Positions 8,916 through 18,262 of a DNA stretch of 64,000 nt are shown here, piece after piece (the stretch's first letter is position 1; every line of letters begins with the position of its first letter). The position numbers were made by a program, and so were the translations under genes. The stretch covers positions 1,019 to 65,018 of the forward strand of contig JAGYPA010000001.1 of assembly GCA_018399255.1 (NCBI GenBank). The letters are read 5' to 3'. The notes beneath the pieces are model-generated. The model was given only the letters and a program-made list of their open reading frames with translations, did not search any database and was not told where the DNA came from. This DNA is from Spirochaetales bacterium. Its GTDB lineage: Bacteria > Spirochaetota > Spirochaetia > JABMQR01.

Positions 8916-9803
8916 ATGAATAGAGAATATCGCGGTGTATATACCGCTTTGATTACCCCCTTTACAAAGTACGGAAGTGTGGATGAGCTGGCGCTGGAAA
9001 AAACTATTGCTTATCAGATATCACAGGGAATAGATGGATTGGTCCCCTGTGGAACAACCGGAGAAAGTCCAACCCTTTCCCATGAAGAGCACGACCGGGT
9101 CATCGAGCTGACAGTAAAGTTTGCTGCCGGTAAAGTGCCGGTAATAGCAGGAACCGGCAGCAATGCAACCTCCGAAGCGATAAGGCTTTCCCGTCATGCC
9201 CAGACTGCCGGGGTTGATGCGGTTCTGCTTGTAAGTCCATATTATAACAAGCCAACCCAGAAAGGACTGTACCTTCATTTCAAGGCCATTGCAGATGCGG
9301 TTACGATACCCTGCATCATCTACAATATTCAGGGAAGAACTGGCGTAAACATTGAAACAGATACCCTTGTGCGATTAATGCATGACTGTCCAAATATAAC
9401 GGTTGTTAAAGAGGCCTCCGGCAATCTGGACCAGATGAAGGAAGTCATCAGCCGTCGTAAGGATAACTTCTCCGTTCTTTCCGGTGATGACAATATCTGT
9501 ATGAGCCTGATAAAAGCAGGAGGAGACGGAGTAATCTCAGTTGCTTCAAACCTTGTTCCCGGCATGATGGTAAAAATGGTTCATCTGGCTCTGGAGGGGA
9601 AATACGAAGAGGCAGAAGCAATCGAGAACAGGCTGAAGCCCTTTTTCACAGCTTGCTTTGTAGAGACAAACCCGATTCCCATAAAAACAGCCATGGCTGC
9701 AAAAGGGTGGTGTGAAGAAGTCTTTCGACTGCCGCTCTGTTCGCTTTCCTCGGATGAACACCGGAAAGTGGTAGAAGAAGCATTAGTCGGTCTCGATTTT
9801 TGA
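8916..9803 (+). CDS. dapA: 4-hydroxy-tetrahydrodipicolinate synthase.
   Basis: GTTGESPTLS, the conserved Lys region (VKEASG) and the overall DapA/DHDPS pattern. An AGGAG RBS lies 7 nt upstream of the ATG at 8916. Confidence 0.9.
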   Translation: MNREYRGVYTALITPFTKYGSVDELALEKTIAYQISQGIDGLVPCGTTGESPTLSHEEHDRVIELTVKFAAGKVPVIAGTGSNATSEAIRLSRHAQTAGVDAVLLVSPYYNKPTQKGLYLHFKAIADAVTIPCIIYNIQGRTGVNIETDTLVRLMHDCPNITVVKEASGNLDQMKEVISRRKDNFSVLSGDDNICMSLIKAGGDGVISVASNLVPGMMVKMVHLALEGKYEEAEAIENRLKPFFTACFVETNPIPIKTAMAAKGWCEEVFRLPLCSLSSDEHRKVVEEALVGLDF

Positions 9804-9848
9804 GAGCTTGCTAATCCATTTTAACTATGTAAGGAGTCTACAGACAGT

Positions 9849-11078
9849 ATGGCAACAATAAACAGTAATTACAGAAAGCTGTCAGCAGGATATTTGTTTC
9901 CCGAGATTGGGCGCAGAACCCGGGAATTTCAGAAGAATAACCCCGAGGCTCGACTGATGCGCCTGGGAATCGGAAACACTACAGAGCCGCTTACCCCGAC
10001 TATTATAGGGGGACTGCATACGGGAACGAAAAAACTTGCTGATGTTGAAACTTACACCGGATATGGTGATGAACAGGGAAATACCGCCTTGCGTGAAGCC
10101 CTTGCTGCTTTCTATGCTGCACGGGGTGTGAGCATATCGCCGGAGGATATTTTTGTAAGTGATGGGGCGAAGCCTGATTCCAGCAACATCCAGTCAATTT
10201 TCGGTCCAAATGATGTGATAGCGGTTCAGGATCCGGCCTATCCAGTCTATGTCGATTCCAATGTAATTGCCGGCAGAGCGGGGCAGTACGACAAGGAACA
10301 GGCAAAATATTCTGATCTGGTGTATATGGACTGCAGCGAGGAAAACGGGTTTTTTCCCGAAGTGCCCGACCGGAAAGTTGATGTACTGTATCTTTGCAGC
10401 CCTAACAATCCTACAGGAGCTGTTGCTGATAGACATCAGCTGAAAAGTTTTGTAGATTATGCCCGCAGAAACAAGGCTGTGATCATTTTTGATGCATCGT
10501 ACTCGGAGTATATATCAGATCCTGAACTTCCCCGTTCTATCTATGAAATTGAAGGTGCTGAGGAATGTTCCATAGAAATTAACAGTTTTTCCAAGTTTGC
10601 CGGTTTTACCGGGGTGCGTCTTGGTTGGAGCATAGTTCCGGAAAAACTGACCGTGGAAGATTCGAAACCTGGAGAGCTGCGGAGCATGTGGTTCAGACGG
10701 CAGACCACATTCTTCAACGGAGCTTCGAATATTGTTCAGGATGGTGGATTGGCGGTTCTGTCCCCAGAAGGCCTGGCAGAGTGCCAGGAAGTCATCGACT
10801 ATTATATGGAAAATGCCCGCATAATCAGAAGCGGTTTACAGTCAATCGGGCTCACGGTTTTCGGCGGCGATAATGCACCCTATTTATGGCTCAAAACTCC
10901 CGGCAGCATGACTTCATGGGAGTTTTTTGATAAACTTCTGCAGGAAGCCTGGGTTATCGGTACTCCCGGTTCAGGCTTCGGACCAGGGGGAGAAGGATAC
11001 TTTCGCTTAAGTGCCTTCGGCCATCGTGAAGACATACAAGCAGCGGTTAGCCAGATAGTTACTCGTCTGCAGCTGTAA
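9849..11078 (+). CDS. dapL: LL-diaminopimelate aminotransferase (DapL-type, PLP-dependent).
   Basis: 409 aa aminotransferase class I. The N-terminal NYRKLSAGYLFPEIGRR... motif and the SFSKFAGFTGVRLGW Lys region are typical of DapL. Confidence 0.85.
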   Translation: MATINSNYRKLSAGYLFPEIGRRTREFQKNNPEARLMRLGIGNTTEPLTPTIIGGLHTGTKKLADVETYTGYGDEQGNTALREALAAFYAARGVSISPEDIFVSDGAKPDSSNIQSIFGPNDVIAVQDPAYPVYVDSNVIAGRAGQYDKEQAKYSDLVYMDCSEENGFFPEVPDRKVDVLYLCSPNNPTGAVADRHQLKSFVDYARRNKAVIIFDASYSEYISDPELPRSIYEIEGAEECSIEINSFSKFAGFTGVRLGWSIVPEKLTVEDSKPGELRSMWFRRQTTFFNGASNIVQDGGLAVLSPEGLAECQEVIDYYMENARIIRSGLQSIGLTVFGGDNAPYLWLKTPGSMTSWEFFDKLLQEAWVIGTPGSGFGPGGEGYFRLSAFGHREDIQAAVSQIVTRLQL

Positions 11079-11118
11079 TTCAGTGCAAAATTATTAATTT
11101 AATTCAGGAGATAAACAT

Positions 11119-12381
11119 ATGAGCTCAGCCCCGCTTGCCCTGACCCTCAGTCAGCTGGAAAAGATTTGTGAGACCTTCCCTACACCGTTTCACCTATATG
11201 ATGAGAAACGGATTCGTGAAAACGCCCGCGCGATGAAAGATGCATTCAGCTGGATTTCCGGCTTTAAAAACTATTTTGCCGTAAAAGCATGCCCGAATCT
11301 CGCAATTATGGAAATCCTGCGGGAAGAAGGATTCGGGGCGGACTGCAGTTCATTGCCTGAACTCCTTCTGGCAGAAAAGACAGGAATTACGGGCGAAGAC
11401 ATCATGTTCACATCTAATGACACTCCCGAAGAAGAATTTATTGAAGCAGCCCGACTGGGGGCCGTCCTGAACCTCGATGACATTACCCACATTGAAACCA
11501 TGGAAAAATCTGTCGGTATCCCTGAACTTGTCAGCTTCAGATATAATCCTGGAGAAGCAAGAACCGGTAATGCAATCATCGGTCACCCTTCGGAAGCAAA
11601 ATACGGAGTAACTTCTGTGCAGATTCTGGATGCCTATCGCCTAATGAAAGAGAAGGGTGTCAAGCGATTCGGTCTGCATACGATGGTCGCCTCGAATGAA
11701 CTTAACGGAGACTACTTCATTGAGACCGCTCGCATGCTCTTTACCCTGGCAGCAGATATCTATAAAAAAACTGGTGTCAGGATAGAGTTTATCAATATGG
11801 GCGGAGGAATCGGGATTCCTTATAAACCTGAGGATGAAGCTGTCAGTCTTTCTCACATATCAGACGGAATGAAAGAACTGTATGAGCAGATTCTGGTTCC
11901 TTCCGGACTTGATCCGATGCGCATCGTTTTTGAATGCGGACGCATGGTTACCGGACCCTATGGATATCTGGTGAGCAGAGTACGGCATATAGCAGCGAAA
12001 TATAAAACTTATGCCGGACTGGATGCTTCCATGGCGAATCTGATGCGGCCCGCTCTTTATGGAGCCTATCACCATATCAGTGTTCCGGGAAAGGAGAATT
12101 TCCCTTCAGAAACTATTTACGATGTAACCGGATCGCTGTGTGAAAATAATGATAAATTTGCGATTGATCGTGCTCTTCCCAAGCTTGACCCCGGTGACCT
12201 GGTTGTTATTCACGATACCGGTGCCCACGGGTATTCAATGGGCTTCAACTACAACGGCAAGCTGCGTTCAAGCGAACTGCTCCTGCAGGAAAACGGACAG
12301 GTGCGATTGATTCGACGTGCGGAGCGCATCGAAGACTATTTTGCAACGCTTTCCTTTGACGAAGAGACTATAAATCTCTAA
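11119..12381 (+). CDS. lysA: Diaminopimelate decarboxylase.
   Basis: PLP fold-III decarboxylase motifs (YFAVKACPN, GGGIGIPY, the CENNDKF region), 420 aa. An AGGAG RBS lies 8 nt upstream. Confidence 0.9.
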   Translation: MSSAPLALTLSQLEKICETFPTPFHLYDEKRIRENARAMKDAFSWISGFKNYFAVKACPNLAIMEILREEGFGADCSSLPELLLAEKTGITGEDIMFTSNDTPEEEFIEAARLGAVLNLDDITHIETMEKSVGIPELVSFRYNPGEARTGNAIIGHPSEAKYGVTSVQILDAYRLMKEKGVKRFGLHTMVASNELNGDYFIETARMLFTLAADIYKKTGVRIEFINMGGGIGIPYKPEDEAVSLSHISDGMKELYEQILVPSGLDPMRIVFECGRMVTGPYGYLVSRVRHIAAKYKTYAGLDASMANLMRPALYGAYHHISVPGKENFPSETIYDVTGSLCENNDKFAIDRALPKLDPGDLVVIHDTGAHGYSMGFNYNGKLRSSELLLQENGQVRLIRRAERIEDYFATLSFDEETINL

Positions 12382-12399
12382 TACTGCCGCAAGAAAGGT

Positions 12400-12426
12400 G
12401 AGGCTGCCGGGAAACCCGGCAGCCTC
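12400..12426. terminator. GC-rich perfect hairpin between the convergent lysA and glnN genes; likely a transcription terminator/insulator.
   Basis: GAGGCTGCCGGG aaa CCCGGCAGCCTC forms a 12-bp perfect stem. A weak U-run (CUUUCUU) follows on the minus strand. Confidence 0.55.
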
Positions 12427-12451
12427 GGTGCAAAGCATATACAGATAAAAG

Positions 12452-14575
12452 CTAGAGGCGAAAAAGCATGTCCTCATACGAGGGATACGGCCAGCAGCTT
12501 TTATCAGTTATTTTTTCAAGTGAATCACCCTCCATGCGCAGCTTGGCCATAGCGGGTACAACATTATTGCGGTAGGCGGTTGCCTGGGCAATGACATCAT
12601 GTTCCAGTTCAAGTGCTTTACCGATCTCTTCTTCAAGAAGGTCCGATTTCTTGAACAGTTTATTGATGTGAAAAGAGAGTTCCTTAGCCAGTTTCTCCTG
12701 GCCGGGAGTTTTAAAACCTGACTCTTTCTGGGATGAGATAGAATTGAGCACTTCCTGGAGATAACGGGTGGTCGCGGGTGCTATCAGGCGCTTAGCCATC
12801 TCCACCATCACACCAGCTTCAATATTTATCTGTTTACTGTAGGTTTCCAGATAGATTTCCAGGCGTGATTCGAGCTCAGCCCGGGTAAAGACTTTCTGCT
12901 TTTCAAAGAGATTTACACAGGTGTCTGACACCATTTCCTGTAAAGCTTCAACCGTTGATGTAAGATTCGGCAGACCCCTCCTGGCAGCTTCCTCGACCCA
13001 TTCTTCAGAATAGCCGTTTCCATTAAAGACGACCCGCCTGTGCCGACTGTAGTATTCTTTGACAATCAGCTTGATTTCAGCCAGCTTGTCCTCGGCTTGT
13101 TCAAGTCTTTCCGAAAATTCATCCAGTATTTCCGCAATAGTTGTATTGATCATAACATTAGGGCCGGCAAGTGATTGGGATGACCCGACCATTCTGAATT
13201 CAAACTTGTTGCCGGTAAAGGCAAAGGGTGAAGTCCGGTTGCGGTCGGTCATATCGCGTGGGAAAGTCGGCAGTGTGGTAACGCCAACCTCCAGCACCTG
13301 CCCATCTCTCTTTTTGTAGATTGTATCTTCAGCCAGGGCATCAAGAATCTCAGTCAGCTGATCCCCGAGAAATATTGAGATGATGGCTGGAGGAGCTTCG
13401 TTGGCCCCAAGCCGGTGATCATTACCGGAGTTTGCTGCTGACAGGCGCAGATAGGGTGCATAGCGGTCTACGGCTGTCACAACAGCCGTCAGGAAAAGGA
13501 GAAACTGAGCATTGTCTTCCGGACTGTCTCCGGGCTGCAGCAAATTCTGTCCGTCATCGGTAGATATTGACCAGTTATTGTGCTTCCCGGATCCGTTAAC
13601 GCCGGCAAAAGGTTTTTCATGGAGGAGGGCTGCCATGCCGTGACGATTTGCAACGGCTTTTAAAGTTTCCATTACCAGCTGATTGTTATCAGTTGAAAGG
13701 TTTGAGGTTGAAAAGATTGATGCAAGCTCAAACTGGTTGGGAGCTACTTCGTTGTGCTGAGTTTTCGCAGAAATACCCAGTCTCCAGAGTTCGTAGTTGA
13801 GTTCCTGCATGAAAATTCCAACCCGCTCTTTAATAGCCCCGAAATAGTGGTCGTCAAGTTCCTGTCCCTTTGCACTCATTGTTCCAAATACTGTTCTTCC
13901 GGTAAGCAGCAAGTCTGGACGTTTTTGAAACAGTCCCTCATCAACTAAAAAGTATTCCTGTTCCGGTCCGACCGTTGATGTTACCCTGGTTGTTGTTGTA
14001 TTTCCCAGAGCGCGGAGCAGACGTACCGATGATTTGTTTACTGCTTCCATAGAACGGAGCAGGGGAACTTTTTTATCCAGAGCTTCTCCGGTATAGGAGA
14101 TGAAAGCCGTAGGAATTGTCAAAGTCTTCACCCCTCCCTGGTCTTTTATGAAAGCGGGAGAAGTGGTATCCCAAGCTGTATATCCGCGAGCTTCGAATGT
14201 TGCCCGCAGCCCGCCGTTAGGGAAGGAAGATGCATCCGGCTCTCCCTGAATAAGCTCCTTTCCCGAAAACTCCAATAAAACAGTACCATCAGAATTTGGA
14301 CTTATGAAAGAATCGTGCTTTTCAGCCGTTAGTCCGGTGAGAGGCTGAAACCAGTGAGTATAATGGGTTGCGCCCTTATCTATTGCCCAATCTTTCATGG
14401 AGTTGGCTACAATCTCTGCAATGTCTTTGGTGAGATTTGCTTTTCCTGCCTGCACCAGTTTAAGTTCTGCATAAGCATCAACAGGAAGACGCTCTTTCAT
14501 AACTGCATCACTGAAGCAGTTTTCACCGTAAATTTCCGTGAGCGGTTTTTTTAAAAAATCAATATGCTTTGCCAT
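12452..14575 (-). CDS. glnN: Glutamine synthetase type III (GSIII, GlnN). The start is revised to the ATG at 14575 (MAKHIDF), with AGGAG 6 nt upstream; the ORF-track TTG at 14590 overlaps that RBS.
   Basis: About 707 aa with the GSIII signature regions (VGPEQEYFLVD, NGSGKHNNWS, the HRLGANEAPP region). Confidence 0.9.
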   Translation of the reverse strand: MAKHIDFLKKPLTEIYGENCFSDAVMKERLPVDAYAELKLVQAGKANLTKDIAEIVANSMKDWAIDKGATHYTHWFQPLTGLTAEKHDSFISPNSDGTVLLEFSGKELIQGEPDASSFPNGGLRATFEARGYTAWDTTSPAFIKDQGGVKTLTIPTAFISYTGEALDKKVPLLRSMEAVNKSSVRLLRALGNTTTTRVTSTVGPEQEYFLVDEGLFQKRPDLLLTGRTVFGTMSAKGQELDDHYFGAIKERVGIFMQELNYELWRLGISAKTQHNEVAPNQFELASIFSTSNLSTDNNQLVMETLKAVANRHGMAALLHEKPFAGVNGSGKHNNWSISTDDGQNLLQPGDSPEDNAQFLLFLTAVVTAVDRYAPYLRLSAANSGNDHRLGANEAPPAIISIFLGDQLTEILDALAEDTIYKKRDGQVLEVGVTTLPTFPRDMTDRNRTSPFAFTGNKFEFRMVGSSQSLAGPNVMINTTIAEILDEFSERLEQAEDKLAEIKLIVKEYYSRHRRVVFNGNGYSEEWVEEAARRGLPNLTSTVEALQEMVSDTCVNLFEKQKVFTRAELESRLEIYLETYSKQINIEAGVMVEMAKRLIAPATTRYLQEVLNSISSQKESGFKTPGQEKLAKELSFHINKLFKKSDLLEEEIGKALELEHDVIAQATAYRNNVVPAMAKLRMEGDSLEKITDKSCWPYPSYEDMLFRL

Positions 14576-14613
14576 TTGAATCTCCTGCAAAAATTTAGAG
14601 TATAAAAAACTTA

Positions 14614-14629
14614 TGCAAATAGTATGCCA
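14614..14629 (-). promoter_or_regulatory. Sigma54 (-24/-12) promoter for glnN.
   Basis: The minus strand reads TGGCAT-actat-TTGCA with GG-N10-GC spacing exact. The predicted TSS is about 14603, about 28 nt upstream of the ATG. Confidence 0.7.
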
Positions 14630-14742
14630 TATATGGAACCTGATTAGGAATGATTAAATCATAAGCTTATAGAGTAAAGATTTACTTACTATTTGCAAGT
14701 AATATTTCCGAAATGTCAGTATGATCTTCAGTCTGTAAATAA

Positions 14743-14784
14743 TACATATATGTAGGTTAAAAATTCATAAACTACATATATGTA
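14743..14784. promoter_or_regulatory. Pair of perfect 12-bp palindromes TACATATATGTA, spaced 30 bp start-to-start. Predicted enhancer/UAS for the GAF-type sigma54 activator.
   Basis: Copies at 14743-14754 and 14773-14784. They lie 115-155 bp upstream of the glnN -24 element. The same architecture recurs upstream of amt. Confidence 0.55.
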
Positions 14785-14789
14785 ACTAT

Positions 14790-15131
14790 TTAGCCTATGG
14801 CAGTCTTACCTGAATCACCATTTCTTATTCGGATAACTTCTTCTATCGGCATTACAAATATTTTTCCGTCCCCGATAGTATCCGTTCTAGCTCCCGAAAT
14901 AATGCCTTCTATAGTTGGTTTTACATATTCATCATTGACAGCGATCTCGATCCGTACCTTTTTCAGTAAATTCACCTCAATCTCAACCCCCCTGTATGTT
15001 TCCGTGAACCCTTTCTGCTGACCGCACCCAAGGGCATTGGTTACCGATATCTTGTAAATCTTTCGTTTATATAATTCCTGCTTAACAAAGTTAAGCTTTC
15101 CCGGCTGTATGTAAGCAATTATTAATTTCAT
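14790..15131 (-). CDS. glnB: Nitrogen regulatory protein P-II (GlnB/GlnK). The start is revised to MKLIIAY, with AAGGAG 6 nt upstream.
   Basis: 113 aa from the revised start. The T-loop region (QKGFTETYRGVEI) and C-terminal PII signature are present. It sits 25 bp downstream of amt, the classic amt-glnK pairing. Confidence 0.9.
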   Translation of the reverse strand: MKLIIAYIQPGKLNFVKQELYKRKIYKISVTNALGCGQQKGFTETYRGVEIEVNLLKKVRIEIAVNDEYVKPTIEGIISGARTDTIGDGKIFVMPIEEVIRIRNGDSGKTAIG

Positions 15132-15156
15132 ATCTATCTCCTTGTCTTGCAGAATC

Positions 15157-16479
15157 CTACATGGTGGTGAAAATCTGGAATCCGTTATATGATTCAGATC
15201 CGTGTTCACTTATATCAAGCCCGGAAAGTTCCTCATCCTCAGATACTCTGAGACCGGTTATCTTCTTTATTGTCAGAAACAGCATAAGAGAAGCGGCAGA
15301 TGCCCAGACGAATACCGCGGCTGCCCCGATAATCTGCACCAGCAGCTGAGAAAAACCGCCTCCGTAAAACAGTCCCTTAATATCATCTGTATTTGCAAAT
15401 AAACCGACAGCAATAGTACCCCAGGCTCCGCATACACCATGTACCGATATCGCTCCGACAGGATCATCAATGTGCAGAATTTTATCAAAAAACTCTACCG
15501 ACAATACAACCAGTAATCCTGCAGCGGCTCCAATAATGAGTGCTCCAAAAGGGGTTACCACGGCCGTAGGTGCTGTTATACCTACCAATCCGGCAAGAGC
15601 GCCGTTCATGGTCATAGAAATATCCGGCTTACCGAACATCATCCAGGACAGAGCCATAGCTCCGATTCCTCCAGCTGAGGCACCGAGGGTAGTTGTTACC
15701 GCAATAGAGGCTATGGAAAGATCAGTACCGCTGAGAGTGGATCCGGCATTGAATCCATACCAGCCAAACCAGAGAATAAATACTCCAAGGCTTGCCAGCG
15801 GGAGATTATGCCCTGGAATCGCCTTTACCGTTGTTGAACCATCCACTTTGATATATTTCCCTGTTCGGGGTCCCAGAACGAGAGCTCCGATCATAGCAGC
15901 CCAGCCTCCGACAGAATGCACTACCGTAGAACCGGCAAAGTCGTGGAATCCCATCCCGGCCAGCCAGCCGCCTCCCCAGATCCAATGACCGGAAATTGGA
16001 TAAATCAGGCCGGATATAAACACCGTGTAGATCAAATACGATGAAAACTTGGTTCTTTCGGCCATTGCTCCGGAAACAATAGTTGCTGCAGTAGCCGCAA
16101 ATACTACCTGAAACATCCAGTCGCGAAACATAGCCGGACCAGCGCCGCGTATAAAAAACTGTGATGTTCCCACAAGACCTGAAACTGAGGCCCCGTACAT
16201 AAACGCCCATCCCACAGCCCAGAAAACTACAGCTCCGGTACAGAAATCCATGAGATTCTTCATAATGATATTGCTGGCATTCTTTGCCCTTGTAAGACCG
16301 GTCTCCACCATAGCAAAACCCGCCTGCATAAAGAAAACCAATGATGCGGCAAGAATGAGCCAGATCATGTCCATGGAATTCTGGTGAAGCACCAATACCT
16401 CTTCAACGGTTTCTGCAAAGAGCGTGCCTGGACCAATACATCCAATCGCAGACGCCAGTAAAGCAGTTTTTTTCTTCAT
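15157..16479 (-). CDS. amt: Ammonium transporter (Amt/MEP family). The start is revised to MKKKTALLA, which has a signal peptide and AGGAG 6 nt upstream.
   Basis: Multiple TM segments and conserved Amt motifs ([13 protein letters not shown], the twin-His region). Confidence 0.9.
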   Translation of the reverse strand: MKKKTALLASAIGCIGPGTLFAETVEEVLVLHQNSMDMIWLILAASLVFFMQAGFAMVETGLTRAKNASNIIMKNLMDFCTGAVVFWAVGWAFMYGASVSGLVGTSQFFIRGAGPAMFRDWMFQVVFAATAATIVSGAMAERTKFSSYLIYTVFISGLIYPISGHWIWGGGWLAGMGFHDFAGSTVVHSVGGWAAMIGALVLGPRTGKYIKVDGSTTVKAIPGHNLPLASLGVFILWFGWYGFNAGSTLSGTDLSIASIAVTTTLGASAGGIGAMALSWMMFGKPDISMTMNGALAGLVGITAPTAVVTPFGALIIGAAAGLLVVLSVEFFDKILHIDDPVGAISVHGVCGAWGTIAVGLFANTDDIKGLFYGGGFSQLLVQIIGAAAVFVWASAASLMLFLTIKKITGLRVSEDEELSGLDISEHGSESYNGFQIFTTM

Positions 16480-16516
16480 ATCTTTCTCCTGGATGAGTGT
16501 GTGTTGGGAAAGTCTA

Positions 16517-16532
16517 TGCAGTAACCATGCCA
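16517..16532 (-). promoter_or_regulatory. Sigma54 (-24/-12) promoter for amt-glnB.
   Basis: The minus strand reads TGGCAT-ggtta-CTGCA with GG-N10-GC exact. It lies inside the ORF-track N-terminal extension, which supports the shorter start at 16479. Confidence 0.65.
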
Positions 16533-16654
16533 AAATGCTGTGAGGAATAGCAAAAGCAATCATTGATTGGATAAATAGTGAGAGCTGCTGAAGGTATTCA
16601 GATGGTTTTTTTAAGGATGGAAAAAAAATTCAGGATGAGCAACCAGAATAAAGC

Positions 16655-16696
16655 TTCAATTATGTAGGATATCTGCTTATGAGTTACAATTATGCA
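16655..16696. promoter_or_regulatory. Pair of near-palindromes TTCAATTATGTA and TACAATTATGCA, spaced 30 bp. Predicted enhancer/UAS for the amt-glnB sigma54 promoter.
   Basis: Same TACA-N4-TGTA family and same 30-bp spacing as the glnN pair. They lie 125-165 bp upstream of the -24 element and end just downstream of the regulator gene's stop codon. Confidence 0.5.
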
Positions 16697-16698
16697 GC

Positions 16699-18240
16699 TT
16701 ATACGTTTCCAGATTTGTACTTTTCAGGATTGATATGATACTTATCCACACGCAGTCCCATTATTCGTTCTGATATACCCAAAGTTCTGGCTGCTTTAGC
16801 ACGGTTTCCCCGGGCTGATTTAAGCGCATCGGCGATTATCTCACGTTCAAAATCATCGAGCGCCTGCGCCAAAGTCTCTGAAAACTGAGTATTGGAAGAT
16901 TCAGCCGACTGCAGGCTGGGGGGGAGGTGATACCCGTGAATTACATTATCATTACTCAGCAGAACAGCTCGTTCAATGCAGTTCTCCAATTCACGAACAT
17001 TCCCCGGCCAATGATAGCTCATAAGAAGATCAATGGCTGCACTGGTAATTCTTTTAACGCTTCGGTGATTTCGTTTGTTATATTTTTCGATAAAATGGTC
17101 ACAAAGAAGCATAATATCACTCTTACGCTGACGAAGCGGCGGAATATGAATAGGGAATACATGCAGACGATAATAGAGATCTTCACGGAATTTCCCCTTC
17201 GTAATCCCCTCTTCGAGATTACGATTTGTTGCGGTAATCAGCCGCACATTCACTTTTATTGTTTTATTGCCGCCAACCCGTTCAAATTCCTGCTCCTGAA
17301 GCACCCGCAGCAGCTTTACTTGCATCTGCGGCGATAATTCCCCGATCTCATCAAGAAAAAGAGTGCCCTGATCGGCAAGTTCAAAACGCCCCTTCCGGGC
17401 TGCCACCGCTCCGGTAAAAGCCCCTTTCTCATGTCCGAAAAGCTCACTCTCAATAATGCTTTCCGGGAGGGCGGCACAGTTCACCTTGACAAACGGCTTG
17501 TCAGCTCTGAAGCTGTTATAGTGGATTTCATAAGCAACGAGCTCTTTACCCGTACCGCTTTCACCCCGAATCATCACAGTTGCTTCACTTTTGCACACCT
17601 GACCGATCAGTTCAAACGTCTCCTGAATCGCCTGTGCTTTTCCAATGATATTTGCCGGCTGAAACCTCTCTTTGAGTTCCCGGAGCAGACGGTCATTCTC
17701 CGCCTGGAGCCGCTCCTTTTCTTCGCGGATTTCCTGTCGAAGCTTGACAGCCCTGGCAATCATTGATGAGATAATCGAAAGCAGCTTAATATACACAGAA
17801 AGATCGAAGGACTCATGATTCCGGCAGGTGACATTCAGGGTTCCGATGGTACTGTTGCCAATTTTGATGGGAACCGACAGAAAAGCTGTTCTGACATCGG
17901 TCTTCTGTTCGTTCAGTTCAGCCCCGGTTCGATTTATAAGAGTCTGACTATGGGCTATATCAGGGATAATAATAGGTTTACCGGTTTTTACCACCTGGCC
18001 CGTTATACCTTCCCCTAATTGATAGCGACCCCTCTTTTGCTGTTTTTCTGTAAGTCCATAGGATGATTCAATAAGAATCTCATCAGTTTCCCGGTTAAGA
18101 AGCGTTATGGCTCCGCGAATCATAGGACTGTGTTCGGCAAGTGCCGTCAGAATAGGGGCAATTATCTGTTTAAGATCCTCGGAATCGTCAAGGATTTTGC
18201 TGATAGTCAGAAGCAGTGGAAGCTCTTCTACGTCTTTCAT
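16699..18240 (-). CDS. Sigma54-dependent transcriptional activator, NifA-type architecture (GAF, AAA+, Fis-type HTH). It has no receiver domain.
   Basis: N-terminal GAF domain, then Walker A GESGTGKE, the GAFTGA motif (EKGAFTGA) and the ELEN/VRELEN arginine finger, and a C-terminal HTH ([22 protein letters not shown]). Confidence 0.9.
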   Translation of the reverse strand: MKDVEELPLLLTISKILDDSEDLKQIIAPILTALAEHSPMIRGAITLLNRETDEILIESSYGLTEKQQKRGRYQLGEGITGQVVKTGKPIIIPDIAHSQTLINRTGAELNEQKTDVRTAFLSVPIKIGNSTIGTLNVTCRNHESFDLSVYIKLLSIISSMIARAVKLRQEIREEKERLQAENDRLLRELKERFQPANIIGKAQAIQETFELIGQVCKSEATVMIRGESGTGKELVAYEIHYNSFRADKPFVKVNCAALPESIIESELFGHEKGAFTGAVAARKGRFELADQGTLFLDEIGELSPQMQVKLLRVLQEQEFERVGGNKTIKVNVRLITATNRNLEEGITKGKFREDLYYRLHVFPIHIPPLRQRKSDIMLLCDHFIEKYNKRNHRSVKRITSAAIDLLMSYHWPGNVRELENCIERAVLLSNDNVIHGYHLPPSLQSAESSNTQFSETLAQALDDFEREIIADALKSARGNRAKAARTLGISERIMGLRVDKYHINPEKYKSGNV

Positions 18241-18250
18241 ATATCAATGC

Positions 18251-18262
18251 TACAATATTGTA
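18251..18262. promoter_or_regulatory. Single perfect palindrome TACAATATTGTA. It lies 11-22 bp upstream of the activator's own start codon; predicted autoregulatory operator.
   Basis: Fifth member of the TACA-N4-TGTA family in this window. It overlaps the expected promoter/RBS region of the regulator gene. Confidence 0.45.

Noticed and set aside
12268-14554. Several 60-90 aa ORFs antisense to, or out of frame within, glnN (12268-12477, 13059-13319, 13754-13948, 14354-14554).
   Set aside because: They are embedded in a strongly conserved GSIII coding sequence, with no independent signals.
15470-16210. 172-aa and 134-aa ORFs on the plus strand and in alternate frames inside amt.
   Set aside because: They are antisense to a well-supported Amt transporter. 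Their composition (P/A-rich) is typical of a GC-skew artefact.
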